Shown here: in pieces, positions 50,182 to 63,457 of the stretch | Numbering within the stretch: position 1 is the first letter of the stretch | How the letters are laid out: each line of letters begins with the position of its first letter | Assembly (NCBI RefSeq): GCF_006345805.1 | Contig: NC_042998.1 | Location: 167,400,001-167,464,000 of the forward strand | Direction of reading: 5' to 3' | Length of the DNA stretch: 64,000 nucleotides | DNA from: Octopus sinensis | Lineage: Eukaryota | Translations under genes and position numbers: made by a program | The notes under the pieces: generated by a model | The model's input: the letters and a program-made list of their open reading frames with translations, nothing else | Databases searched by the model: none | Told to the model about the DNA's origin: nothing

Positions 50182-51400
50182 ACTATATGAATATATATAT
50201 ATATTTATATAAAATGCATGCATAGACACACACATATATGGTAGTATATATGTGTATATGTAGAAACAAGCATAAGCATATATACACATATATACACTCG
50301 TACACATTCCCTCTTCTCCACACACACACTGTGGTGCTATTTTCTTAGACGAAGTTCAACACCTTAGAACATAAAAGCTGGGACGGTATTTATCCTTAAG
50401 GCATGCTTTGAATATAAAGCGTATCAATTATAAATATACAAAACAACGTTAAATAAACAGCAACTATAAATATAACAAAGAAGAAAAGGCAATTTAAGAG
50501 GAGAAATTTTGATTGGGCAGCATACTAATTTTGATAATTATTCATGCCAACCTGTTACTGTTCGAGATATATCTTGGCTATACAATAGGCATATCAACCA
50601 TATCTAAGATTTGCTGATTAAATTCTGTTGCCTTTACGAATGGGTTTTACCACCTACAAGCATTGATATCTGCATATTTGTGCAGTTACTCACAAATTTG
50701 ATAGCAATCTAATATATATATATTAAGACCTATATGACTAACGGTGACTAATTTCGTTATAAAAGCTAAGAAAATAAAAAGGGTTATACTTATCAGAGCA
50801 AAGTAATTAATATATAGTGCAGTAGCAAAAATGGTGGACTAATTACCTATTTTTTATCTATAATTTGCTTCACTCATTAGTCAGCAGCCATGGTGGGGCA
50901 TCGTCTAGAAGTTTGTTTTTTTTTTTTTTTTAAGCGAACGAATCAACTTCAGTGCTTATTTTAAAACTTGGTGCTTATTCTATCCGCTTTCTTTGCCGAA
51001 CGACTAAGCTACGTGTACGTAAACAAATCAACTCCGATTGTCAAGCGCTGGTGAAAAACAAACAGGTACATACCTACACAAGTACATCCGTATATACATG
51101 CATACGTACATACGTACATACATACATACATACATACATACATACATACATACATACATACATACATACTACATACGTCCATACATATGTACGTACATAC
51201 ATTCGTACATACATACGTAGTACATACATGCGTACGTACATACATACGTACGTACGTACATACATACATACATACATACATACATACATACATACATACA
51301 TACTACATACATACATACATATATGTCTTGTACAGTAGCCCCGGGCCGACCAAAGCCTTGAGAGTGGATCTGGTAGACGGAAACTGAAAGAAGTCCTTTA

Positions 51401-51482
<82 letters not shown>

Positions 51483-52318
51483 ATATAATGTACAAATGCA
51501 GTTGCCCAAGATGCCACTGGGACTGAACGCGGGACTATGTGGTTCAGAAGCAAACTTTTATCACAGAACCACTTCTGCACCTATATGCTTTGCCATATTT
51601 TAATTTCCTCTTTATATTCTGAGTTCCATTTATGACAAGATGGATTTTTATATTTCATCTGTCAATGCAATAAGTACGATAAATTGATGCCAATTCATCT
51701 AAATCTAACATTCGCCTAGACGTTTCTGTCTTTGTGTCAATATAAAATCAAATTCTGACCTTGATAAGAAATGTTCTGAAAACAGATATAACAGATGAGA
51801 CATTTGTCGCTCTGCTTGTAAGCGCTATCCACTGGTCTGGACTGTTATGGACTTGATTCTCCAGGTACACATTTAAAAACATATTGAATTGACTAACTTT
51901 CATTAATGCCTTCTAGAACCACTTCATATTTCTCCAGTATAATACCGACTACCAACATTTCCGAAACATTCGAGAGCGTCATAATAATGCCTCCCACGTT
52001 TAAAAACACATTTGTCTTTTATAATAGGTGCTCACGAACTCAAGCCATCCAGTCTCTGAAAACAAGGCTTAATAGGTCTAAATAAATTTCTCTGAGAACA
52101 GACACACACGGTGTGATTCCGGTTCGAATGCCGTCCGTGCAACTTTAGACAAGTATCATCAGGTGCGGCCTCGACTCAAGTTGAAGGATGTGAGTAGGAT
52201 TTAATTGACAAGACTTCAAGATCCTATTGTGTGTGAGTGTGTGTGTATGTGTGTGTGTGTGTGTGTGAATTTGCAGATCCTATAAAAATCTACTGATAAT
52301 ATGTGTGTTTCTGTGTGT

Positions 52319-52366
<48 letters not shown>

Positions 52367-52407
52367 CGATCCTATAAAAAATTACTGATCTTGTGTGTGT
52401 GTGTGTG

Positions 52408-52483
<76 letters not shown>

Positions 52484-52704
52484 CGATCCTATAAAAAATT
52501 ACTGATCTTGTGTGTGTGTGTCTGTGTGTGTGTGAATCGATTCAATAAAAATCTACTAGTCATGGCTCACTGAAGCCATTTTCATTACCGAATCTCCTAA
52601 GATAACCTGTAGGGACACCGTATTTTGTAATGTAACCATAATATACCACAAAGTATATTAAACGTTTATTATACGTCTATTAGTTGTAAAGTATATTAAA
52701 CGTA

Positions 52705-53125
52705 AAGGTGGCGAGCTGGCAGAAACGTTAGCACGCCGGGCGAAACGCTTTGTGGTATTTCGTCCACTGCTGCGTTCTGAGTTCAAATTCCGTCGAGGTC
52801 GACTTTACCTTTCATCCTTTCGGGGTCGATAAATTAAGCACCAGTTACGCACTGGGGTCGATATAATCGACTTAATCTGTTCGTCTGTTCTTGTTTGTCC
52901 CCTCTGTGTTTAGCCCCTTGTGGGTAGTAAAGAAATAGGTATTTTGTCTGCCGCTACGTTCTGAGTTCAAATTCCGCCGAGGTCGACTTTGCCTTTCATC
53001 CTTTCGGGGTCGATTAAATAAGTACCAGTTACGCACTGGGGATCGATGTAATCGACTTAATCCCTTTGTTTGTTCCTGTTTGTCCCCTCTATGTTTAGCT
53101 CCTTGTGGGCAATGAAGAAATAAGT
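52705..53125 (+). mobile_element. Two tandem SINE family A copies
   Basis: Full head ggtggcgagctggcagaaacgttagc followed by a second copy of the 3' part. Confidence 0.85.
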
Positions 53126-53197
53126 ATATTAAACGTCTTTTATAAGTCAATAATGTGTTCTACTGTGTTACTAGTGCTATTACATCACTTGTTAAGG

Positions 53198-53426
53198 TTA
53201 TCTCTAAAGATTTTCAATAGAAACTATAACCAGCATAGATTTTGGTACGACGTTTTGTATCCGAGACCCTTGGATGGTTAATGGGTTGGTTGGGTGCTGA
53301 TGAAGGAAAACAATCTCCTGAGATGTGTCATATACGCCAATTACTTATTTTCAGGCGTCTCAGGCACGAAACGTCGTACCAAAATCAGGACTGGCTTTAA
53401 CTTCTATAGAATATCTGTAGAGATAA
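53198..53426. mobile_element. Short foldback with HHR-like motif; related to 18530-18710
   Basis: Arms 53198-53267 and 53357-53426; CTGATGA at 53297-53303, GAAAC-GTC-GTA at 53368-53378; weak stem I. Confidence 0.55.
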
Positions 53427-53933
53427 TTTTAATACCCTTAAGATGAATCGTATAAGGAGGGGTTTGTCTAAGATAGATTTGCCGGGAATTGAACAGTACT
53501 GCGACAGCAAATGTCTTCTTTCCTAACACATTGGCCAAAATCTTAAACGCGACATTTAGACAAATTATTATCCTGAAATTCAAGTTCATTAATGTTGCAC
53601 ACCATAGAAATTCGATGAATTTCTTCAACGATTTGCCAACAAATCGTCAACAGATAGCAGTTTGTTCAGGCTGCTAGATACAACATCCGATTTGGTGTAC
53701 GACACCAGACTCTCTTGAAAATAGGAAAACAACAGTATGGTGGTGTGGTGAAGAAATTCGTTGTACAGCAAAGTGATTCCGCAAAGTGATACAGCAAAGT
53801 GATGCTGTACATACTACTTTAGACAAGTGTCATCAGGCACGGTCTCAGTTTGAGTTGTAAGATGTGAGTAGGATTTCATAGATAGGACTATAAAATCTTA
53901 TTGTGTGTATGTGTGCATTTGTATGTGTGTACA

Positions 53934-53996
<63 letters not shown>

Positions 53997-54027
53997 ATTT
54001 TAATCAGACACTTATGTACGAGAGGGC

Positions 54028-54175
54028 ACTGAAAGGTTCCTGGCTTTAAGAGTATCGCGAAAGACCTGGTTGGAGGCCCAACCTTCCAAGTTCTTTTACG
54101 GGGCTTAGAAAAACTGAGGGACCACTTCAATAAGTGTGTGAATTTAAGAGGGGAATATGTGGAATAAAATCATAA
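54028..54175 (+). mobile_element. Mariner-derived short element
   Basis: TACGAGAGGG end; GLEKLRDHFNKCVNLRGEYVE* mariner C-terminal motif. Confidence 0.6.
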
Positions 54176-54305
54176 CCAAGATGTCCTGCTTGCCTCCTCT
54201 TACTCCCTGCACTCCACAATGGGTTGAACTGTTAAAGGTTTCTTCCAACTGTCTGCCAGATCTACTCTTTACATGTATAGACAGGCAAGCTCTAATATGC
54301 CAATT

Positions 54306-54552
54306 CAGTGGTTCTCAACTGAGGTCTATATGACCCGTGGGAGTCCATGTAAGATTTTGTTGTTAAAATTTATGTGCAATGAACTGGTTATACTACTACA
54401 CTACACAATATAGTTTGATAATGATTTTTATACAATTCCTAATATGTAATTATAAAAAAAATTATGGAATTTTTTAAACATCGAATGTCTATAAGGGTCA
54501 AGTAAAATAGGAACCAAATGGATCCACAGTTAAATGATGGTTGGGAACTACT
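54306..54552. mobile_element. hAT-like MITE
   Basis: cagtggttctcaac ... gttgggaactact. Confidence 0.6.
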
Positions 54553-54649
54553 ACACTGGATCTGAGTAGACCTAGGAACAATAGTGGTTAAGAGGTAGTT
54601 CCACACTCCTCAAAATTCTGGAACTCCCGAACCAAACCAGGACCCTGCG

Positions 54650-54850
54650 ACGGATAACTATGGGCTTGCAGGCTGCAGGCTGATGCTTTCGCACACGCAG
54701 TTCTTTGTTGGAAATGTGATGGTACCATATGAAGGTCTCGATGGTTCACAGGGTTCTGCTATCGAAGCCGTCGATCCTCTTTGCAAGGGTCTTCTAGAGG
54801 CGGAGAATTGAGAGGACCGATGGGTTATTTTTCTGAAAGGCAGATAAATA
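54650..54850 (-). mobile_element. LINE RT C-terminal remnant (RTE/L2-like)
   Basis: Minus strand DGFDSRTL...WYHHISNKELR, with frameshifts. Confidence 0.45.
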
Positions 54851-55394
54851 GTGATTGAGAACCACTGTGTTAATTCAACCATATCTGGGACATTGACAGG
54901 TGCTACTACTCTGGATCAGAATAGACATAGGAACAACAGTGGTTAAGAGGTGGTTCCACACTCCTCAAAACCCTGGGACTCCCGAACCAAACAAGGACAC
55001 CACTACCGGATGCAGTTTAAAGACATACCCAGGAATTGATAGTACAGAACAGACATCATCCAGTTTGTTGAATTTGAAGTTCCATTTCCGCGGGTGGGGT
55101 GCGTTGTGACTGTGTGCCCAGTAGTCATGTGGCGTATGTGGCACCTGATAGACTGAAACAATTATGGTCTGCTAGATGTATTGCAGTACATCATATATAT
55201 GCACACACACACACACACACACATACATAGACATCACACAGACATAGACATAACATACATGCACATGTACACATGCGCGCGCACATTCACACATATTTCA
55301 GCTCAGTATTCACACAGTACATTTTCCGTACAAATAACGTACACACATTCACACACACGTGCGCACATACATACCGTACTTTCATGTATACAAG

Positions 55395-56021
55395 CCGAGG
55401 TAGCACACAGTATGAAGATGAATGTGGTAAAAAGCTTGCTTCACAACCACATGGTTCTATATTCAGTCTTACGATGTGGCACATTGGGCAAGTGTATTCT
55501 ATTATAGCTGCGGACCGACCAAAGCCTTGTAAGTGGTTTTGGTAGACGGAAACTGAAAGAAGCTTCTCGTGTGTGTGTGTGTACATACCTGAACCCAACA
55601 ACCGCAGAAGGAAATGCCACAGGGTTTGCTCCCTTCTCTCTTAACACAAAATCACCCATAGGTAGAATATTCCTTAAATTAATAGATAAGCATTTCACTA
55701 GCTCCCATAGGTACGGACCCATTTTCAACAGGCACAGCGTTAGAGTCTCTTTTAGTTGCGCCCCCAATATCAAGAACATTCTAGTTAGCACTTCTAGGCC
55801 ACGGGAGGAGGCAGGACCGTAACAGATGCCCGGTGAGAGACCTAGGGTTTTGAGGAGTGTGGAACCACCTCTTAACCACTGTTGTTCCTATGTCTATTCT
55901 GATCCAGAGTAGTAGCACCTGTCAATGTCCCAGATATGGGTGAATTAACATAGTGGTTCTCAATCACCATATATATGAGAGAGAGAGAGAAAGGGAGAAA
56001 TAGATAGACAGATAGACAGAC

Positions 56022-56102
<81 letters not shown>

Positions 56103-56290
56103 TGTCTTTATGTCTGTGTTTTCCAACAACCAGTGCTTGACAACCGGTGTCGGTGTGTTTATGTCCTTGTAAATTAGCGGTTCGGCAAGACAGACCGATA
56201 GAAAAAGTACCAAGCTTAATAAAAGATTAATTCGACTAAAAAACCTTCAAGACGGTGCCCCAGCATGGCCGTAGTCTAATGACAGAAAAA
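55395..56290 (+). mobile_element. SINE family C split by an insertion containing a Penelope fragment
   Basis: Head 55395-55570, tail 56100-56290. Confidence 0.7.
55580..55790 (+). mobile_element. Penelope-like RT/EN linker fragment
   Basis: PFSLNTKSPIGRIFLKLIDKHF...IFNRHSVRVSFSCAPNIKNIL. Confidence 0.8.
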
Positions 56291-57550
56291 AAAAGCCATT
56301 CAAATATCGTCACTATCTTTGCCAGCATTTCACATGGTATATAAATCGACCTGCCTTTTTTTTGGCTGTAAATACGGTACATACGGTACATACGTGTTTG
56401 TATGTATACGTGCGTGCGTGCGTGCGTGCGTGCGTGCGTGTGTGTGTGTGCGAGTGTATATGTGGGTGTGTGCTCGTGTGAGATTGTGTGTGTAGATGTG
56501 TGTGTGTGTACGCGTGCGTATGTGTAAACGTATTCATAATTTTACTGAACATACAGACGCCTGCGCGTAAGCGTCTTAAATCCAATTATTATAGCATTGG
56601 CTTCCGCTCACCTACTCGCATAGAGATGTATATATACATGCTAGTGTATAGGCACGTATATAGTTGTAGACGACACATGTTTTAAATGGAGATTACACGT
56701 AGTCTCGTGTATTCTTTACACTGACATCATCAGTCTACAAGCTTTGAGTATTGCTTCTCCTTTCCTTGAACTGTCTGTGTCCCCTTCGCCATCATCCACT
56801 AAAATCCTCGCCAGAGAAGATGAGCCGCTATTATAAGCAATCAACAAAGGTTCGTTGTTCTATTATGACTGCTGTCATATTAAATCATTTGTGTGCCAGC
56901 CACCTGGGCCCCACTTCTTTTTATCCCCTATTTCCACTCATATTTACTTGAACAGACACTAATCTCCATTGCTTTTCGGGGTCAATCATTTTTGACGCCG
57001 ATCCGTAAGGTAAAACTATTTTCTCCCTGTCTCCTGGAATGGAACAAGTAAGTCGGTGTGTGTAGGTCGGGCGAATCTCCTAAGAGTTAATGGTTAATGA
57101 CAGCGCTGATGTCGCTGTAGAAGACAATGATAACGACGCTGCTGATGATGATGCTGACGGTGTTTATGGTTTGATTGTGGGTAGGGATATCAGAGAGAAT
57201 AAGACTGTAGTTGTGAGTGGTAACAGTAAGTAGTTAAGCAACACAGCAGACATTTCATGTTACTTCTTTCTGAACCGAAAAAAACTTGGTTACATAGACT
57301 TTATATATAAACGCGGAAGCTGTTTGTTCTCTTCCTTATCAGCTTGTATTTACATTTATTTCGTTTGTTATATTACAATACACAGATTCATATACCGCGA
57401 TGCAACTAGTCAGATGAAAGGTAGTCATTTCAGACTTGTATGTACATCCATACCTATGCATTAATAACTATGCACATTATTTATGCAATCAGATACACGC
57501 AAATTATCCTTATTTTAAAAATCACATACATATGATATTTTAAATTTCTA

Positions 57551-58757
57551 TCAGGTCATCCCATAAGTAATGTCCGGACTACTATATTTTCAAACTGTGA
57601 ACGCTTTAACAGTATTTTAGAATGCTTAATGGCATCAAGTAATATCTATATGTATTTGGACATACTTAACTAATTAAATTTCATTTTGCAGGATAATCTA
57701 ATTGAAAGTTTACTAATAATAAGCTCTTCAAACATGGAAGTGCTTAAGGAGCATCTGAGGCACATAATGCTTTATGCGTTTAAAAAAGGAAACTCTGCAG
57801 CTGAAGCGACTCGAAATATTCACTCAGCTTATGGAGAAGAGTTCCTAAATGAAAAAAAATTTGCTGAAGATGGTTTGTAAACTTCAGAAGTGGAGATTTC
57901 AGACTTGCGGATGAGACCCGAACAGGACGTCCAATTGAGTTTGATGACATGCTCTTTTTGGCAGAACTTGAAAAAAATCATGTAGTTTCAGTTGAAGAAT
58001 TGGCAAGCAAGCTTCGTTCAAGCAATACAACTGTTCAGCATCTTCAACAGCTTGGAAAGATCCCAAAACTAAGAAAATAGGTGTCTCATGATTTGTCTGA
58101 AGCCAACCGCAAATCACGAGTGGACATCTGCTCTTTTCTACGTTCTCGTGAACTCGTTTCGTCCTGGACAGACTGGTGATCGGTGATAAAAAAATTAACC
58201 CTTTATCAAACTGTTAAGCGTCGTAGACATTGGCGCGATGAAAGGGAAAAAGCCCAACCACATCCGAAAATGGAACTCCATGCGAAGAAGGTTCTTCTCT
58301 CTGTTTGGTGGGATTGTAAAGGATTCATCTTCTTTGAGCTGTTACCAACTAATACAAAAATCAATGCTCACATCTACTATCAGCTATTAGAGCGTTGGAA
58401 TGCTGCTTTCAAGAAAAAAAAAATGGCCTGCTTTAGTGAATCCAAAGGGAGTGGTGTTTCTTCAGGACTGTACAAGACCCCACACTGCAAACACCTATCA
58501 CGTCACAAAATATTGAGGAACTTGGCTGGGAGAAAATTACTCTTATACTTTATTCCTCAGACCTTGCTCCTTCAGATTATCATTTGTTCCGTAGTTTACA
58601 GAGTCATTTCAAAGAGTTTTTCTCTAACACGAGTAGATGGAAAGATGTCATAAATAATGATGGAAACTACAGTGACGATTAAGTTTTATTAAAACGTAAT
58701 ATTTGATCACTTGATTTCCTTATTTAAAATCCGGACATTACTTATGGGATGATTTGA
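57551..58757 (+). mobile_element. Full-length but defective mariner (1207 bp)
   Basis: 28-bp TIRs (2 mismatches) with TA TSDs; MEVLKEHLRHIMLYAFKKG HTH; KVLLSVWWDCKG; YSSDLAPSDYHLF; stops and frameshifts. Confidence 0.92.
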
Positions 58758-58774
58758 TATAATATATTTATATG

Positions 58775-58900
58775 GACGCAGGCATGGCTGTGTGGTAAGA
58801 AACTTGCTTCGCAACCACATAATACTGGATCCAATCTCACTGCGTGACACCTTGAGCAAGCGTCTTCTTCTATAGCCTCAGCTGACCAAAGCCTACTTCA
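58775..58900 (+). mobile_element. SINE family C head
   Basis: gcaggcatggctgtgtggtaagaaacttgcttcgcaaccac. Confidence 0.75.
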
Positions 58901-59826
58901 CTCATACTTACCGTAATTCAGCCCTAAGACAACTCACCCCAAGACAAATCACGCGTGCGCGCGCGCGCACACACACACACACACATACACACCCATACAC
59001 ACACACGCACGCACACAAATACTTCTTAAAACATATACTCCCAGAACTATAATCCTCTGGAGCTCTGATTCTGTGACTAAAGGCATCCATAGGTAGAAAT
59101 CTCACAAAGCGGCAAACTTATATCAGGGGAAGCCTGCAAAGATTATCTTGGACAACTGCTTAACTCTGCTCGAACTAGGAACTGTGAGGGAAATTTCATC
59201 AGATGAAACAAGACTGGTTTCAGTCCTGCAAGGTGAGAGAGGGCGCCCTTTCAAAATTTAAGTGGGTTGTATGGATTTCTTTTTAGAGAAGGGCTAAGTA
59301 GATTACCAAGAGAAACTCCTTTACCCCCGAGAGATATATCGACTAACCTCTTTCCTTCAGTATAAGACCTATCACGAGCTATAATGTAATATGAAAATAA
59401 CTTAGTCTTTGGAGATGAAAATGGAATAAGGCGTGTTAAAAAAGAACAAAACTGAGATAGGGGCACGGATCTGATGGTCTAGACTGTTCAAAGTAATGAA
59501 TTTTTTTACAACCACGCACATTAAAAAATAAAATTCAATCCTCTTTTCTCTCAGTCACTCTTTAACACTCTCTTAATTTCCTCTATACCCCTGTTTGTCA
59601 ACATTTCCCCCTCACTCACTCTCTCACTCTCTCACTCACTCTCTCTCTCTCTCTCTCTCTCTTTCTGCTACTCTTTCTTTCTCTCTCTCTGTTTAATGAA
59701 ATTTGATTCAATGCCTCTTGGTAAATGTTTACTTCGAACCAATGTGGAAAGACGTCTGTAAATAGTCACTCGATCTGCAAGACATTGCAGCCAAGTCTTT
59801 AACAAATATCATTACACTCTACAGCC

Positions 59827-59868
<42 letters not shown>

Positions 59869-59879
59869 TATATATATAT

Positions 59880-59912
<33 letters not shown>

Positions 59913-60455
59913 TATATGTAGAAAAATACAAACTGAGACAAGAACGCATAAAAACTAAGAAGACGATACAACAAACACAGACAGGACATTCGAAGCCCTC
60001 AGTCTTCAGTCAAGAACCGGATCATCGTAGTAATTTCGGCTGATATATATATATAACATATTAAATGACAAAGCACCAGATGGTCATGCCACTAACGCGT
60101 TTTACTATTCATTTGTTTGGTCGAGGTTGAGATCAAAAACGACAACAGGAACAACAAACTAATCTTTGCTTATCTCTGTCGTTTAAAACAACTGCCCAAA
60201 GCTTGCATCTATAGACATATATAATTTCAGCATTATTTTATTTATTGGCGAAATCCAAAATAACCTAGGACTTTACACAATAACAAGCTATAACTCTTGG
60301 CTCTGAAAAATTTAACCGATAAGTATTCCGTCTTCTAGTTATAATTTATTATCACAATCCTAAAGACTAACTATACTTTGGAGGTTTGAATCATCTGACA
60401 TCACAACATTTAACACACCAGAATGTGAATGCCTGAACAAGATCAACAGTGACAG

Positions 60456-60520
<65 letters not shown>

Positions 60521-60788
60521 TGTCACTGTATATATATATAACTGTCACTATATATATATATATACATATATACGCACACATACATGCATACATACATACT
60601 TACATACATACGTACATGCATACATAAACACACACACATATAACAACATATTTATATTATGTATGCATCTCTCTCTCCTCTCCTCTCTCTCTCTCTCTAT
60701 CTCTCCCCTCTCTCTCTCTTATATACACATACATATACAGATATATACATACATATATATATATGTGTGTGCGTGCATATATATATGG

Positions 60789-60820
<32 letters not shown>

Positions 60821-60859
60821 ATGTATATATATAAACGTAAGGTACAAAGTATGGTGGGT

Positions 60860-61126
60860 GATTACACGTGATTGCATATATACGGATCGACAGGAATGTC
60901 GATCAGACAGAGATGTACGGCTCACAGACAACAGTTGTCCTCCCCACAATATCGCCAGATATATCTCAGTGAACATATTGACAGATGTGCAGAACAACTG
61001 CAACCACAATTCCTAATCTTCCCATTATATCAATTTGCTATTTGGATCTCAACTCAAGTACGACTAAATAAAGAGGCCTTATTTATCGAAAAATATAAGC
61101 CGGAATTAAATATAAACCCATATTGA
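60860..61126 (+). mobile_element. Penelope-like GIY-YIG endonuclease fragment
   Basis: IYGSTGMSIRQRCTAHRQ...RLNKEALFIEKYKPELN*; 5' truncated at a microsatellite. Confidence 0.85.
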
Positions 61127-61494
61127 AAATTAAAGATTTACCCCAACTATTGTATGAATAAAATGTAGACCAATATATAAATTACAGATTTACACCCCAC
61201 TATACTGTAGATACCTTGGATACCAATTATTCCCCCGGACAAACAAAACGTCTAATTCAGAAATTCATCCAAAATTCATAATTTGAAAAGCGATAACGAA
61301 ACCGGTTATGTTGGAATAAAAAAAAATTCACAATATTGTATAGTACTTTTCTATTATGAGTAGTCTAATATATTCTTTAGTCTTTTAAAACAAATCTTTT
61401 GTTTTTCATCATAATTCTTTCCGGGTGTATATATATATATATATATTATATATATATATATATTATATATATATATTATATATATATAATATAT

Positions 61495-61568
<74 letters not shown>

Positions 61569-62251
61569 TATATCCATACATACATACATACATACATACA
61601 TACATACATACATAGACATATATATATATGTGTATATATATATATATACTTCCGCCGTAACTGCTAACGGTCTTTCTCCCCCGCCTTTTAAGGCTACTGG
61701 ACGGCTTTTCCTGCTCTCTCGTCGTTCACAAAAAATTCAGCGTTTGCAATACTTTTTTCGTTCGGCGTCAACAGCCCTTCTTATCTTGTTCTCCCTGTCC
61801 TGTCTTTTACTGTTATATATATTTTTTTACTGTTATATATATATATATCTATATATAATATATATATATATATATTTTTTTACTGTCTATATTTTTGTAC
61901 TGTCGTTACTGTCTCGTTTTTTTACCATTTTTTACCCCTCTGCGAAAAGATCTCAGAATTTTAATTGATTTGCTTTTCGCAGGAAGGAAAGTTTCTTGTC
62001 GAAGATACGTCTCGCTTTTATTCTTCGAAACGTAGAGTAGATGAAACCTTAGCGACTGAAGAAGGGGTTTTTTCGTTGTTTTGTTGTTTTTAAAAAAATG
62101 TCCTGTTCCTTTGGTTTGTGTCTATGTTTTCGTTTCTCTATGTGTTCGACGTCCCTTTGGTGTCCTGTACTCATATATGCGTGTATATGTACATGTAGAG
62201 GTAGGTACGTACATATATGTTTATATATACGCATATGTTTTATTTCTTTTA

Positions 62252-62285
<34 letters not shown>

Positions 62286-62288
<3 letters not shown>

Positions 62289-62899
62289 CAATTAAGGATA
62301 AAATCTTAATAAGGAATCTTAACAAGAAATTATCAGGTAGTTAGCGTGAAAACCTCATAAGAGAAAAAATCCGAAAATAATTTTTTCACTTGAAAATATT
62401 TATTTATATTCTATAGAGGGCATTATTATACATAAATGCCACACGCTAAGAGGGACATAAGTCATTACTACCAAAATTTAACTAATCATACCGAATGCAG
62501 CTCTCGAAGCAAGACATTTAAAAAACTGAATTTAGTTCTATATCACCTGTGATTTCGCAATTAACGTATTAAATACGTCTTTTGTTCATCAGTAGAACAG
62601 ATTCTGAACACATCATAAATAAACATAACCAACATACCTAGCGAAGCCAAACAGACATCTGCTCCCCTCGGCGAAGCACATGGAAATGTTTATTCATCAT
62701 ATATTCGGTAAATGGCGGGCTTTTTCGAACTGCATGTCGGTAGAAAAAGTTTTTCTTCGGAATAAATTTAACAATTAAGGATAAAATATTAATAAGGAAT
62801 CTTAACAAGAAATTATCAGGTATGATTAGTTAAATTTTGGTAGTAATGACTTATGTCCCGCTTAGCGTGTGGCATTTATGTATAATAATGCCCTCTATA
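62286..62899. mobile_element. Element with direct (54 bp) and inverted (81 bp) partial copies and internal HHR
   Basis: 62286-62339 = 62769-62822; 62412-62492 = reverse complement of 62819-62899. Confidence 0.8.
62537..62596 (-). ncRNA. Type I hammerhead motif
   Basis: Minus strand: TCTA-CTGATGA-A-CAA..ACGTATT/AATACGT..TTG-C-GAAA-TCAC-AG-GTGA-TA-TAGA; AUA site. Confidence 0.65.
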
Positions 62900-62910
62900 C
62901 AATCTATCTA

Positions 62911-62958
<48 letters not shown>

Positions 62959-63074
62959 TACTTGGAGGAATGTATGTATGTATATATATGTATATGTATC
63001 TGCATGTATGTATGTATGTATATGTGTGTGTGTGTGTCTGTTTGTCTGTCTGTCTGTTTGTGATTATATTCCCT

Positions 63075-63280
63075 GGTACCCATCATCGTTTAACGTCCGC
63101 CCTCCATCCTGGCATGAGTGGGACGGTTTGGGAGGAGCCGTCCAGGCAGAAGTCTGTACTAGACTTCTGTAACAGTTTTGGCAGGATTTTTACAGTTGCA
63201 TACCCTTCCGAACACCAACCACTTTACAGTGTGGACTGGGTGCTTTTAAGTGGTACCTGCATTGACAGAGTCCCCAAGTA
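63075..63280 (-). mobile_element. SINE or LINE-tail repeat (catcatcgtttaacgtccg family)
   Basis: Recognised from memory as an abundant cephalopod repeat; diverged. Confidence 0.5.
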
Positions 63281-63410
63281 CTTACAAGACAAAAGAAATT
63301 TCGAGAGGAGAGGCAGCATTGGAGAAGGTGATCTTGTGTCGGAGAAGGTTATTGTGAGAGAGACAGAAACAGGTGTCTTGCTGTAGAAGAGGTACAAGGT
63401 TATCCGGCCG

Positions 63411-63457
<47 letters not shown>

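Noticed and set aside
52270-52560. CRISPR-like repeat-spacer pattern
   Set aside because: Spacers are (GT)n, the context is eukaryotic, and there are no cas genes.
57686-58653. Intact transposase gene
   Set aside because: Multiple stops and frameshifts; defective mariner.
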